Assembly (NCBI GenBank): GCA_965203175.1
Contig: OZ241867.1
Coordinates: forward strand, 4,224,001-4,288,000
Length of the DNA stretch: 64,000 nt
Source: Candidatus Latescibacterota bacterium
Lineage (GTDB): Bacteria > Latescibacterota > UBA2968 > UBA8231
Reading direction: 5' to 3'
In this document: in pieces, positions 47,514 through 58,768 of the stretch
Layout of the letters: each line of letters begins with the position of its first letter
Numbering within the stretch: position 1 is the first letter of the stretch
Position numbers and translations under genes: made by a program
Notes under the pieces: model-generated
The model's input: the letters and a program-made list of their open reading frames with translations, nothing else
Database searches by the model: none
Told to the model about the DNA's origin: nothing

Positions 47514-48053
47514 CTATAGCGTTTGGAGTATGGGTGGATTGCCGGGTCCTTGGGCGATGATTGTCGAAAACTTGAACTTGAACACCGTCTTGCTGTCATC
47601 GACATAAGCAATCAGAAGGTAAGTGTCCCCTCGTGCACCGTTAAATGCGCCGACATGTTTGCATAGCAGGTTGCCGACGCCTTCCGCCCCGCCATTTATT
47701 TGCTTTGTGTGACACACCATCACCCGAACCGCCGATCTCGCGAGTAGTAGCTTCTGGAAATCGTATTCGATTTCTTCAAATTTGCCCCATTCGCTCTCCC
47801 CGACCATTGGCACAGAAATTAGCTGCTTGGAGGAGTTGAATTGACACCAAATAACGTCATAGAGCCATTCAAATCCATTGTTTTTTGCCCCTGCTGTGTA
47901 GCCTAATCGTCTACCTATGTCGCAGAGAGTGGTAAGCACTAGTCGAGTCCATTCAGTATTTGTATGAGGTATCTGATTGGGACATTTCAATAGCTCTTGT
48001 TCCAGTTCTCTAAATGCGGCGACAATTTCGTGCACTAGTGCGTTTGGGCTCAT
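47514..48053 (-). CDS. Hypothetical protein, possible PD-(D/E)xK-like fold
   Basis: Lower GC; WLYDVIW...GESEWG...DFQKL pattern. Confidence 0.6.
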   Translation of the reverse strand: MSPNALVHEIVAAFRELEQELLKCPNQIPHTNTEWTRLVLTTLCDIGRRLGYTAGAKNNGFEWLYDVIWCQFNSSKQLISVPMVGESEWGKFEEIEYDFQKLLLARSAVRVMVCHTKQINGGAEGVGNLLCKHVGAFNGARGDTYLLIAYVDDSKTVFKFKFSTIIAQGPGNPPILQTL

Positions 48054-48548
48054 TCTTTTCTCCTATAGAGTAGGTAAGACGGTTTACAATATACGTATCA
48101 GGTGAAGACGATCAACAGCACGGGCCTGAGCCACCAATCAAACTATACACGCGCTACGCCTTAAGCGACATCAATCAGAGGGGAGTCGGCTCGAACACCG
48201 ATGAGGAAGGCGGTGCTATGACAAGTCCCGCTCTGGGAGCAATTCCGGAGCGGGGCCTTCGTATGCTTGCTAGCACCGTCGCCTAGACCAATTAGGTAGA
48301 TCAAATCCACGCTGGACGAGTCATACCTTGCATAATATCGAGATTGTCGCTCGTTCACAGGTTTGATTTTGCCAATTCGCTACTTACGCTTATATATCCG
48401 AAGTGGTCCCAAAACTAGCGTCGGACCGCCATCAAGGGTCGTCAAGAGCCTTCGCATTGAGCGTTTTTCATAGGGCGAGACGCTCTTGATCCGACGCTTT
48501 TTCTCCACATAAGGAACTAAATCCGGAGTTTTAGGACCATTTCATCCA

Positions 48549-49634
48549 TTAAAATAAAAATAGATCCTGATTCTCAGTATTCAACCAATCCCGCTCAAAA
48601 ACAGCTCTCGGTTGATGTTTATCAACAAGTAGATCCTGATTATATTCAGTGGGAATTGTTTGAAAATAAAACTCTTCAATTGCTTTTCTACTCTGTTCAG
48701 ATTTTGTATCCCAATAATCAGGAGATAAAGCAAAAAAATCACAAGATTGTAGTATATATTTAGAGAGGAGATAGTTCAAATAATAACCGTCACTATTTAA
48801 AAGTCTACTTAAGGAAAAGCCCACTTGAGTACAATCTCTTTGAAGAGCTGAAAAAACCACTGCTGTTTCTTTATCATTTATGGGAAGAACTTGTAAAAAA
48901 ACTCTAGGAACAGTTAATAGCTTTTCACCCTGAGGACCTCTGAGACACGATGGAACAGGATCAGAGTCAACGATTACGATCCCAGAACTAACAGCAATTG
49001 TTGGACGTTCAACATGAATAATCTTAACCCAACTTTTGAGTATATCCCAGCATTTACCCAAAAGAGCGTTATCAAATATATATTTATATTCGTATGCTTG
49101 ATGCAAATGCATCATCTTTTGCGAAAAGATATTCTTTATTCTGTTTATATTAATCGACTTAACCTTACAAAATTCTTCAAAGCCTTCTAAATCTAATCCT
49201 TCTTCAGAGCCAAAGAAAGATTGCAATTGTTTAAATACACTTACTTGTACGAAATATTCTCGTAGTGTTGCTCTATATGCCAAAAGAAATTGATGTTCTT
49301 TATTGCAAACATCAAGATCGTCATCTATCGGATTAAAAATTTCCTCGTCATGCTTATTACATAAACCTCTAAACGTTGTTGCGTTTCTAGCGTAAACTAG
49401 GTCAAAAGACATACTAGACGATTCCATCATATTTTTAAAAGAAGTATAGTTTTGCCAAGCAGCAGTCAAAACCTTATTATCTCTATTTTGCAATCTCTTT
49501 AATAGAGTATACTGTACTGTATGTGCTCTTATACCTTCTTCATTGCATGTTCCTGATGGTTCAGCACAGAAATTTATATCTCTAATACTAGAGATCGAGT
49601 TATTTAATCTCTCAATAAATTCCCGATTATTCAT
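48549..49634 (-). CDS. AT-rich hypothetical protein with Cys/His motifs
   Basis: 361 aa open frame in very AT-rich DNA; C-x5-C...AHTVQ and FRGLCNKHD motifs. Confidence 0.7.
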   Translation of the reverse strand: MNNREFIERLNNSISSIRDINFCAEPSGTCNEEGIRAHTVQYTLLKRLQNRDNKVLTAAWQNYTSFKNMMESSSMSFDLVYARNATTFRGLCNKHDEEIFNPIDDDLDVCNKEHQFLLAYRATLREYFVQVSVFKQLQSFFGSEEGLDLEGFEEFCKVKSININRIKNIFSQKMMHLHQAYEYKYIFDNALLGKCWDILKSWVKIIHVERPTIAVSSGIVIVDSDPVPSCLRGPQGEKLLTVPRVFLQVLPINDKETAVVFSALQRDCTQVGFSLSRLLNSDGYYLNYLLSKYILQSCDFFALSPDYWDTKSEQSRKAIEEFYFQTIPTEYNQDLLVDKHQPRAVFERDWLNTENQDLFLF

Positions 49635-49717
49635 AATAAGTTCCTAATGTTGTCTCCTAAATATCTGCGGGTCGCATAGCGCGCATTTAGAGATTTAGGA
49701 AATGGCTTTTACTAAAG

Positions 49718-49751
49718 AAAGCGGGCGGGATGAAACACCCCGCCCGCTTTT
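49718..49751 (-). terminator. Intrinsic terminator downstream of groEL (bidirectional-looking)
   Basis: AAAGCGGGCGGG-loop-CCCGCCCGCTTTT. Confidence 0.8.
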
Positions 49752-49771
49752 ACATATGTGCCAAGCGTCCC

Positions 49772-51719
<1,948 letters not shown>

Positions 51720-51768
51720 GTTAGCTCCTCCTTTTATGGGTAAAATGGCTATGGCACGCTATATGCAA

Positions 51769-51785
51769 TGCAACTTTCGTGCCAA
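51769..51785 (-). promoter_or_regulatory. Sigma54 (-24/-12) promoter upstream of groES
   Basis: TTGGCACGAAAGTTGCA matches the TGGCACG-N4-TTGCW consensus. Confidence 0.7.
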
Positions 51786-51996
51786 ATGACGAAAAATTTG
51801 CTAGTGTTTTGTTTATAAAGCACTTACGACTTATCTTGACGCAAGACAATAAATGGGGATTTTATCATATTGAGAATATACGCGTAAAAAAGACATAAAA
51901 AACAAATATAAGTACATTAAAAATAATTTATTGTGTTATTTTCTCTAAATGATAATAAGAACATAAAATTCTCATTATGAAAAAATCGAGGGATTA

Positions 51997-52779
51997 ATGA
52001 ATTGGGATGACCAGCGGGTTGTACTGACCGGAGCCAGCAGCGGCATCGGTCGCGCCTTGGCCCTCGTGCTAGCCGAGCGAGGGGCGCGCTTGGTGTTGGT
52101 GGCTCGCCGCGCTCAGGCGCTAGCAGAGCTAGGATCGGCCATTGAAGAAAGCGGTGGTCGCCGACCGTTAGTGGTACCGTGCGACGTAAGCGATCTAGCC
52201 CAAGTCGGCGCTTTGCACGCCGAGGTGGAGGCGCAATGGGGCGGGGCTGACGTGCTGATCAACAACGCGGGTCGGGGGCACTACAACTTTTTTGCCGACG
52301 CGGATGTGCGCGAATGCGAGGCCGTGGTGCAAACGAATCTGCTCGGTGCCATCTACTGCACTCGGGCGTTTCTGCCGGGTATGCTGGCGCAAGGGCGGGG
52401 CCGGTTGGTCTTTATATCGAGTATTGTCGGCGAATTTCCCGTACCCAAGCACGCAGTGTATAGCGCGACAAAATTCGCGGTGAGCGGTTTGGCCGAAAGC
52501 CTCGATTACGAGCTGGCTCCCCGAGGCATTGGCGTCCACCTCGTAGAGCCGGGTTTGGTGCATACCGAGTTTGCTGCGCGGGCTGGCACTAAGCACCTGC
52601 CCGTGCAGAAAAAATTCGCCAAGTCGGCGGAGGAAGTGGCCGAAGCTATTGCAGACGCCGTAGCCGCGGGCAAGCGCAAGAGCGTCCCAGATGCGGCCGC
52701 GCTTTTGCTGATCAAGCTGCGCCAGCACTTGCCCCGCTTGACGCGGTTTGCTTTTAGGAGGGTCTGCCGTCGGCTCTAG
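51997..52779 (+). CDS. SDR family oxidoreductase
   Basis: TGASSGIG, NNAG, YSATK. Confidence 0.92.
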   Translation: MNWDDQRVVLTGASSGIGRALALVLAERGARLVLVARRAQALAELGSAIEESGGRRPLVVPCDVSDLAQVGALHAEVEAQWGGADVLINNAGRGHYNFFADADVRECEAVVQTNLLGAIYCTRAFLPGMLAQGRGRLVFISSIVGEFPVPKHAVYSATKFAVSGLAESLDYELAPRGIGVHLVEPGLVHTEFAARAGTKHLPVQKKFAKSAEEVAEAIADAVAAGKRKSVPDAAALLLIKLRQHLPRLTRFAFRRVCRRL

Positions 52780-52785
52780 GCCGTA

Positions 52786-53568
52786 CTACTGAGAGGTGTA
52801 CCCGCCATCGACGACTAAGGTCGCCCCGGTGGTAAAGCCAGATGCTTCCGAGGCGAAGTAGAGGACGGCCGTGGCTAGCTCGGCCGGGTCGCCCCAGCGG
52901 TCCATGGGGACTTTGGCGATCATTGCGCGCGCCTTGGCTGGGTCTTGCAGCAGAGGTTCATTGATTGGGGTGATAAAAGGGCCGGGGCAGATGGCGTTGA
53001 CGGTGATTCCGTGCGCTGCCCATTCGAGGGCGAGGGTCTTGGTGAGTTGGACGATGCCGCCCTTGCTCGATGCATACGGCGTGCGGTCGGCGATTGAGAC
53101 CTGCGATACAGTGGATCCAAGGTTGATGACGCGGCCGTAACCGCGCTCGATCATCTGCGGCCCCACGGCTCGACAGTAATACATCGGGCCGGTGAGGTTG
53201 ATGGCGATAACCGCGTCCCAATCCTCGTCGCGCAAATCGACGATAGGGCTGCGGATGTTGATGCCGGCGTTGTTGATCAGAATGTCGATGGGGCCCAAGG
53301 CGTCGTTGATTTGGCTCACTGAGGCTTCCACTTGGGCGCGGTCGGCCGCATCGGCTTGGAAAGCGAGCACGCGGCCGTTGGTGTGAGCGCTGATTTGCGC
53401 GGCTGCGACGCGGGCTTCTTCTGCATTGCGGCTGGTGAGGGCCACGTCGGCGCCGGCCGCGGACAGCGCACAGGCCATGGCTTCTCCGAGGCCCTTGCTG
53501 CCGCCCGTCACCAAGGCCGTGCGGCCCTTGAGACTGAAGAGGTCGAGCGAGGAAGGCGGAATCATCAC
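52786..53568 (-). CDS. SDR family oxidoreductase
   Basis: [21 protein letters not shown]. Confidence 0.92.
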   Translation of the reverse strand: MMIPPSSLDLFSLKGRTALVTGGSKGLGEAMACALSAAGADVALTSRNAEEARVAAAQISAHTNGRVLAFQADAADRAQVEASVSQINDALGPIDILINNAGINIRSPIVDLRDEDWDAVIAINLTGPMYYCRAVGPQMIERGYGRVINLGSTVSQVSIADRTPYASSKGGIVQLTKTLALEWAAHGITVNAICPGPFITPINEPLLQDPAKARAMIAKVPMDRWGDPAELATAVLYFASEASGFTTGATLVVDGGYTSQ

Positions 53569-53810
53569 AGCGAGGACCAGCCTTCGGCCTCGACCATGGA
53601 CTTGGCGAGGTCGCCTAACTCGGCGACTAGCTCATCCTGATCTTTGGCGCGGGCCTTATTGGTGATCTGCATGGTTAGGGCGATCAACCCCAAGCCGAAA
53701 ATCCGCTGCAAGCTCTGCGGCGAGTCTGGTTCGAGGTCGGGAATCAGCTCGGACAGGCGGTTGAGCAGGTCGCGGTGCTCGGCGGGAATTTCAATGACTT
53801 CCAAGGACAT
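53565..53810 (-). CDS. Hypothetical protein
   Basis: ATG 53810 (MSLEVIEIP...); stop overlaps the SDR start. Confidence 0.55.
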   Translation of the reverse strand: MSLEVIEIPAEHRDLLNRLSELIPDLEPDSPQSLQRIFGLGLIALTMQITNKARAKDQDELVAELGDLAKSMVEAEGWSSL

Positions 53811-53845
53811 AGCGGCATTAAAAGTAACGCACGGTATAGTTGCGG

Positions 53846-54691
53846 TCAAAGTTCCACATCGCAGGTGACGAAGTGTTCGTCCTCTTGGGTGATGCGGCTC
53901 CAAGGCGCGTCGGGATCATGGTCCCAGGCGACAATCCACCCTTGAGCGGCGGCTTCGGCGGTAAATTGCTGTTTGCGGGTCAGGGTCTGGTAGGGGAACA
54001 TGTCGTAGGCCATGTTCCAATAGGGCCGCAGGTGGAGACGCGTGGGGATTAGCTCCCCGGGATAGATGAGGGTGTGGCCGCTGGCCTCAAGGCGAAAGCC
54101 CTGATGAGTGCGGGTGTGGCCGCCGGTGACAAAAGTCGTCAGTCCCGGTGCCAATTCGCTGTCGCCGTCGAGGAAGCGCATCTCGACTTGGCGGGCGAGA
54201 GCGTGGAGTTCTTCGGGCCGATAGCTGCTGCGCATGGTACTGCGACCGGCCAAGGCGTCGTCCCACTCGCCGCGCTGTACCATGTGGACGGCATTGGGAA
54301 AGAGCGGCTCTAGATCCGTAGGCTCCTCGACGAGACAGCCACTGAAGTGGTCGAAGTGCAGGTGGGTGAGCGCGACCATGGTGATTGCCTCCGGGGCCAC
54401 GTCTGCGGCGGCGAGCGAGCCACGCAGCGTCTGCGCGCCATCCATGCCGTACATAGTGCGTTCGCGTGAAGAGAAGCGCTCGCCAAATCCGGTGTCGAGT
54501 AGCACGAGTTCGCGACCCGTTTTTAGGAGTAGGCAGTTGCACGACAGGCGGATGCGGTTGTGTTCGTCGGCAGTTGTGACGCGCTGCCACAGGGCCTTGG
54601 GCACCAAGCCGAACATGGTCCCTCCATCGAGGCGAAAGTCGCCGCCGGGCAGGTGTACGGCCTCTGCGTCGCCTAGGTCGAGGGTGTGCAT
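53846..54691 (-). CDS. MBL-fold metallo-hydrolase (YtnP-like)
   Basis: LDGGTMFGLVPK, THLHFDH, GGHT. Confidence 0.9.
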   Translation of the reverse strand: MHTLDLGDAEAVHLPGGDFRLDGGTMFGLVPKALWQRVTTADEHNRIRLSCNCLLLKTGRELVLLDTGFGERFSSRERTMYGMDGAQTLRGSLAAADVAPEAITMVALTHLHFDHFSGCLVEEPTDLEPLFPNAVHMVQRGEWDDALAGRSTMRSSYRPEELHALARQVEMRFLDGDSELAPGLTTFVTGGHTRTHQGFRLEASGHTLIYPGELIPTRLHLRPYWNMAYDMFPYQTLTRKQQFTAEAAAQGWIVAWDHDPDAPWSRITQEDEHFVTCDVEL

Positions 54692-55680
54692 CAGGTGTGG
54701 ACGAGGACCTTGACGCCCTCGGTGGCAAATTGGCAGCGCATCTCGCGCAGGCCCTCACGGGCCATGCTTGCGCGCAGCTTGGCGTGGTGTTCAGCCGGGC
54801 AATAGAACATGAGGAAACCACCGCCGCCGGCCCCTAGCAGCTTGCCGCCGAGGGCACCGGCGGCGCGACCGGTCGCGTACCAGAGGTCGATATCCGCATT
54901 GGATATCTGCTGCGCCCGTTGCTTTTTGGCCAGCCAGTGCTCGTGGAGCAATTCGCCGAAGCGTTCGAGCGCGTTTCGTTCGAGCGCCTCCTTGATCTGG
55001 TAGCCGATTTGCTTGGTCTGATGTAGGCTGTCTATGACCTGGTCGTCGCCTTGTTGGGTATCTTGATTTTGTTGGGAGAGGATGTCCGAACTCTCTCGCC
55101 GAATGCCGGTAAAAAAGACCAGCATGTTGGCGGCTAGGGCCTCGGCGGTGGGTGTGGGGATTGCCAGTGACGAGACTGTGACGCGCCCGCTGGTGTCGAT
55201 GTCGAGGCAAGTCAGGCCGCCGAAGGTGCCCAAGTAATGGTCGTGTTTGCCCGCTGGCTGGGCGGCCCGTACCGCTTCGATATGGTGGGCTTCCTCTGCT
55301 AGCGCTTGGGGGGAGGGCTGTTCGCGTTTATAGGCGTGGAGCGCGGCCAGCAGCGCCACGGTGAACGCGCCAGACGACCCCAGACCCGTGCGTCCTGGCA
55401 CGTCGGACATCGCGCTAATTTCGATCCCACCCTCGATTCCGGCGTAGATCAGGGCTTCGCGCAGCAGAGGGTGTTGGATCTGGTCGGGTGCATCGACCTT
55501 TTCGGTCTGCGAGTACTTGACGCGGATGAAGTCTTCCACCTTGAGGTCGTTGAGCTGGATATAGACGTATTTGTCAATGCCAGCGCTGAGCACAAAGCCC
55601 CCGTAATGGGTGTAATAGGAGGCTAGGTCGGTGCCGCCACCGCCGAGCGGAATGCGCAAGGGCGCTCTGGTGATGATCAA
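54691..55680 (-). CDS. GHMP sugar kinase (HddA-like heptose-7-phosphate kinase)
   Basis: APLRIPLGGGGTD, GLGSSG, GKLLGAGGGGF. Confidence 0.88.
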   Translation of the reverse strand: MIITRAPLRIPLGGGGTDLASYYTHYGGFVLSAGIDKYVYIQLNDLKVEDFIRVKYSQTEKVDAPDQIQHPLLREALIYAGIEGGIEISAMSDVPGRTGLGSSGAFTVALLAALHAYKREQPSPQALAEEAHHIEAVRAAQPAGKHDHYLGTFGGLTCLDIDTSGRVTVSSLAIPTPTAEALAANMLVFFTGIRRESSDILSQQNQDTQQGDDQVIDSLHQTKQIGYQIKEALERNALERFGELLHEHWLAKKQRAQQISNADIDLWYATGRAAGALGGKLLGAGGGGFLMFYCPAEHHAKLRASMAREGLREMRCQFATEGVKVLVHT

Positions 55681-55692
55681 ACTATCCTCGTT

Positions 55693-56412
55693 TCAGGGAA
55701 GGGCAAAAGCGCCCGAGTCCACGCACTGACAGGCGTGACGATAGCGCTGCGGCGTATCGGTCGAAAGGAGCTGACCGCGCAAGGGATGCCCGAGTAGGGG
55801 GCGGCCTGCGGCGAGCAAGTCGGCGAAGACCTCGCTGAAGTCGCAGGGGGTGTCGAGCGGGATGCGGTCGAGGATTTCGGGTTGTAGGGCGTAGATCCCG
55901 GCATTGACCCAGTAGTTGTCGAATACTTGGTCGGGCCGCGGTTTTTCTATGAAGCGCTCGATGCGGTGGTGTGCGTCGAGGCCGATGATGCCCCGCGTGG
56001 TCGGATCGTCCATCCACAAGAGTCCGATGCTGGCGATTTCGCCCTCGCGTTGGTGGGTTTGCCACAAGTCGCCTAAGTCGAAGTTGGTCAGGTTGTCTCC
56101 GTAGTACACTAAAAAAGGGTCGTCGAAGCAGTCGGCAACTTGCCGCACAGCGCCAGCGGTGCCTAGTAGCTCGTCCTCCAGTGAATAGGTGATCGACACG
56201 CCCCAGGCCCGACCATCGCCGAAATAGTCGGTGATGATTTGGGGCAAGTGGTGGAGGTTGATGACGAGGTCGTCGAATCCGTGTTGCGCCAACAGGCGCA
56301 CGACGTATTCGAGCAGGGGTTTGCCGGCAAAGGGGACCATCGCCTTGGGGGTCGCGTCGGTGAGCGGGCGCAGGCGCGTGCCGCGCCCGGCGGCTAGGAT
56401 CATCGCCTTCAC
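55693..56412 (-). CDS. Sugar-phosphate nucleotidyltransferase
   Basis: LAAGRGTRLRPLT..PK, LGTAGA, YGD. Confidence 0.9.
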   Translation of the reverse strand: MKAMILAAGRGTRLRPLTDATPKAMVPFAGKPLLEYVVRLLAQHGFDDLVINLHHLPQIITDYFGDGRAWGVSITYSLEDELLGTAGAVRQVADCFDDPFLVYYGDNLTNFDLGDLWQTHQREGEIASIGLLWMDDPTTRGIIGLDAHHRIERFIEKPRPDQVFDNYWVNAGIYALQPEILDRIPLDTPCDFSEVFADLLAAGRPLLGHPLRGQLLSTDTPQRYRHACQCVDSGAFALP

Positions 56413-57524
56413 GCGCTAGCCATGCGAAGGACGTTGGCAGCTCGCATATTCGCTTGGGCCGCCGCGTAGAAGTCCGCGAGGTTGGGCTGACCTTTAATCC
56501 ACTCGATGTATTCGCCAATAGTCTGTTCGAGCGAGCCCTCGGGCTGCCAGCCGAGGGCTTGTAGGGCCGCGCCGGAGGAAACGGTGTGGCGGGTGTCGCC
56601 AAAGCGATATTCGCCGCTTACGAGCGGTTCGATGGTCCGCCCGGCGATGTGCGTTACTAGCTGGGCGTATTCGAGGACGGTGGTGCCGCGCTGTCCGGCG
56701 ACATTGAAGGAGCGAAAATCGGCGCGCTCGTCTTCGAGACAGAGGACATTGGCGCGGGCCACATCGCCGACATAGACGTAGTCGCGCAGCGATTGGCCGT
56801 CCTCGTAGCAGATGGGGGGTTGGTCGTGTAGGACGCGGAGAGCAAAAATGCGGCCGATGCCCGAATAGGCATTGAAAAAAGAGTTGCGCGGCCCTTGGAC
56901 GATGGAGTAGCGCATGTTGACTGTGGGAATGTCGTATTTGCGACCGAGGCTGAAGGAGGTCAGTTCTGCCGCGTATTTGGAGATGCCATAGGGAGTGTGG
57001 GGGTTGACGGTATCTTCAGTGATTGGCTGGTGTTCGAGTTCAGCGGCGCAGTAAGGGCAGCGGACTTCCCACTCAGCTCTAGCTAACTGTGCATCGGGAC
57101 GGGCGTCGGGATAGACGATGCCGTGCTCGCCGCAGCGGTACTTGCCCTCGCCATAGACGGCTTGCGACGAGGCTAGGACGACTTTTCGCACGGGTAACTT
57201 CTCGGCGACGATCAGTTCGTAGAGCAGGGTGGCACCGACGGTGTTGACGTGGTGGAAGGTGGAGAAATCGGGCAGGTAGTCTTGGTAGGCCGCTAAGTGA
57301 ATGACGCCATCGATGCCGTCGAGCGCGGCCAGCCAGTCGGTGCGGTGGCGCACGTCGCCGCGCATCTTTTCCACGCCTGTGGGGAGATAGGTGGGCCAGC
57401 CTTCGGGGTGGACCCGCTCCTGGAGGGAGTCGAGGATGCGGACGCGATAGCCCGCGGCGACGAGGCGATCTACGGTGTGCGAGCCGATAAAGCCGGCACC
57501 GCCTGTGACTAGAATGTGGCGCAT
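56409..57524 (-). CDS. NAD-dependent epimerase/dehydratase
   Basis: TGGAGFIG, YGISK, RDYVYVGD. Confidence 0.92.
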   Translation of the reverse strand: MRHILVTGGAGFIGSHTVDRLVAAGYRVRILDSLQERVHPEGWPTYLPTGVEKMRGDVRHRTDWLAALDGIDGVIHLAAYQDYLPDFSTFHHVNTVGATLLYELIVAEKLPVRKVVLASSQAVYGEGKYRCGEHGIVYPDARPDAQLARAEWEVRCPYCAAELEHQPITEDTVNPHTPYGISKYAAELTSFSLGRKYDIPTVNMRYSIVQGPRNSFFNAYSGIGRIFALRVLHDQPPICYEDGQSLRDYVYVGDVARANVLCLEDERADFRSFNVAGQRGTTVLEYAQLVTHIAGRTIEPLVSGEYRFGDTRHTVSSGAALQALGWQPEGSLEQTIGEYIEWIKGQPNLADFYAAAQANMRAANVLRMASA

Positions 57525-57643
57525 GAGTTGGCTCTAAGATAAATAGGGGGAGAAATCCCAGCCAAGGGCGTCGCGGTTGACAGAAAATCGCTGTTGTGTG
57601 GATTTTCAGAGGTCGCAGTGAAATCGAATGGACGAAACAGAGA

Positions 57644-58765
57644 ATGCGCTACGCGCCTAAAATAGCCCTCGCACTGGTCAGCTTAATCATCGGGATTGCA
57701 CTGTGCGAGTTGGCGTTGAGCTTCTTGCACCCGCAGCTCTTCCGCCGGCCTCCCGTCTGGCACTACGATCCCGAACTGGGTTGGAGCCACATCCCGGACC
57801 GCGCCGGCCGTTTGATCACCCCGGAATTCGACGTGGAAATGCGGATCAACAGCATCGGGTTGCGCGATCGCGAATTCGCAACAGAAAAGGCCGCGGGCGT
57901 CCGTCGTGTGGCCCTGTTCGGCGACTCATTTGTCGAAGGGTGGGGCGTTCCCATAGAATCCGCGGTCAGCCGTCAGCTCGAAGCTTGTCTCCAGCGGGAG
58001 GAGGCCGAGGTGGAGGTGGCTAACTTCGGGGTGGCTGGCTACGGCACCGATCAAGCCTTGTTGTTTTTCGAACAACAAGGACCGCGATTCAAGGCCGATG
58101 AGGTGGTGCTCTTTTTTTACGGCAACGACCTGTGGAACAATGCCTCGCGCCGGGGCATTGGTGCCGAGCGGGGCTTCAAGCCCTACTTCCGGGTGCGGAA
58201 CAACGGGCAGCTCGCGCTCGCGGGTGTCCCGGTAAAGGAGTCGAGCTTTTGGCGACAGCCCGCAGACGCGTTGCCCCTTACGGTGCGATTGGAACGCTAC
58301 TTTTCGCAGCACTGGCACTTGTACCGGCTGGTGCAAAAGGCGTGGCAGCCGGAGGTGCCGCGCGGGCAGCAACAGGATTTTTACGCGGGCCTGTACGGCG
58401 CGGAGGCGCGCTTTGCTCCCGCTTGGGAGCTGACGGGCCGCATCCTCGCGGCCTTTAAGCACAGCGTCGAGCGACACGGCGCGCGCCTAACCGTTGTGTA
58501 CGTACCGTCGATCGTCCAGGTAGAAGAGGACAACTGGCGCGCCAAGCGCGAGCTGTACGGCCTGATCGGCGAGTTTGACCTGAGCAAGCCCAATGCCAGG
58601 CTAGCCAGCTTTGCCGAGGAGTACGGATTCGCGTTGATCGACTTGCTCGACGAGTTCAGGGAAAAGACCCAAACCCAAACCCTGTATTGGCGCGATAGCC
58701 ACTGGAACGCGGCTGGCCACGCCTTGGCGGCTGAGCGGCTCTGCGCGCATCTGCGGAGGCCCTAG
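57644..58765 (+). CDS. SGNH/GDSL hydrolase family protein (AlgX-like)
   Basis: GDSFVEG, NFGVAGYG, GND, DSHWN. Confidence 0.85.
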   Translation: MRYAPKIALALVSLIIGIALCELALSFLHPQLFRRPPVWHYDPELGWSHIPDRAGRLITPEFDVEMRINSIGLRDREFATEKAAGVRRVALFGDSFVEGWGVPIESAVSRQLEACLQREEAEVEVANFGVAGYGTDQALLFFEQQGPRFKADEVVLFFYGNDLWNNASRRGIGAERGFKPYFRVRNNGQLALAGVPVKESSFWRQPADALPLTVRLERYFSQHWHLYRLVQKAWQPEVPRGQQQDFYAGLYGAEARFAPAWELTGRILAAFKHSVERHGARLTVVYVPSIVQVEEDNWRAKRELYGLIGEFDLSKPNARLASFAEEYGFALIDLLDEFREKTQTQTLYWRDSHWNAAGHALAAERLCAHLRRP

Positions 58766-58768
58766 CCA

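Noticed and set aside
48401-48542. Integron attC site
   Set aside because: No clean RYYYAAC/GTTRRRY cores and no integrase in the window; kept only as an unexplained structure
51752-51784. CIRCE element upstream of groES
   Set aside because: GCAC and GTGC are 21 nt apart rather than 13; fits paired sigma54-like motifs better
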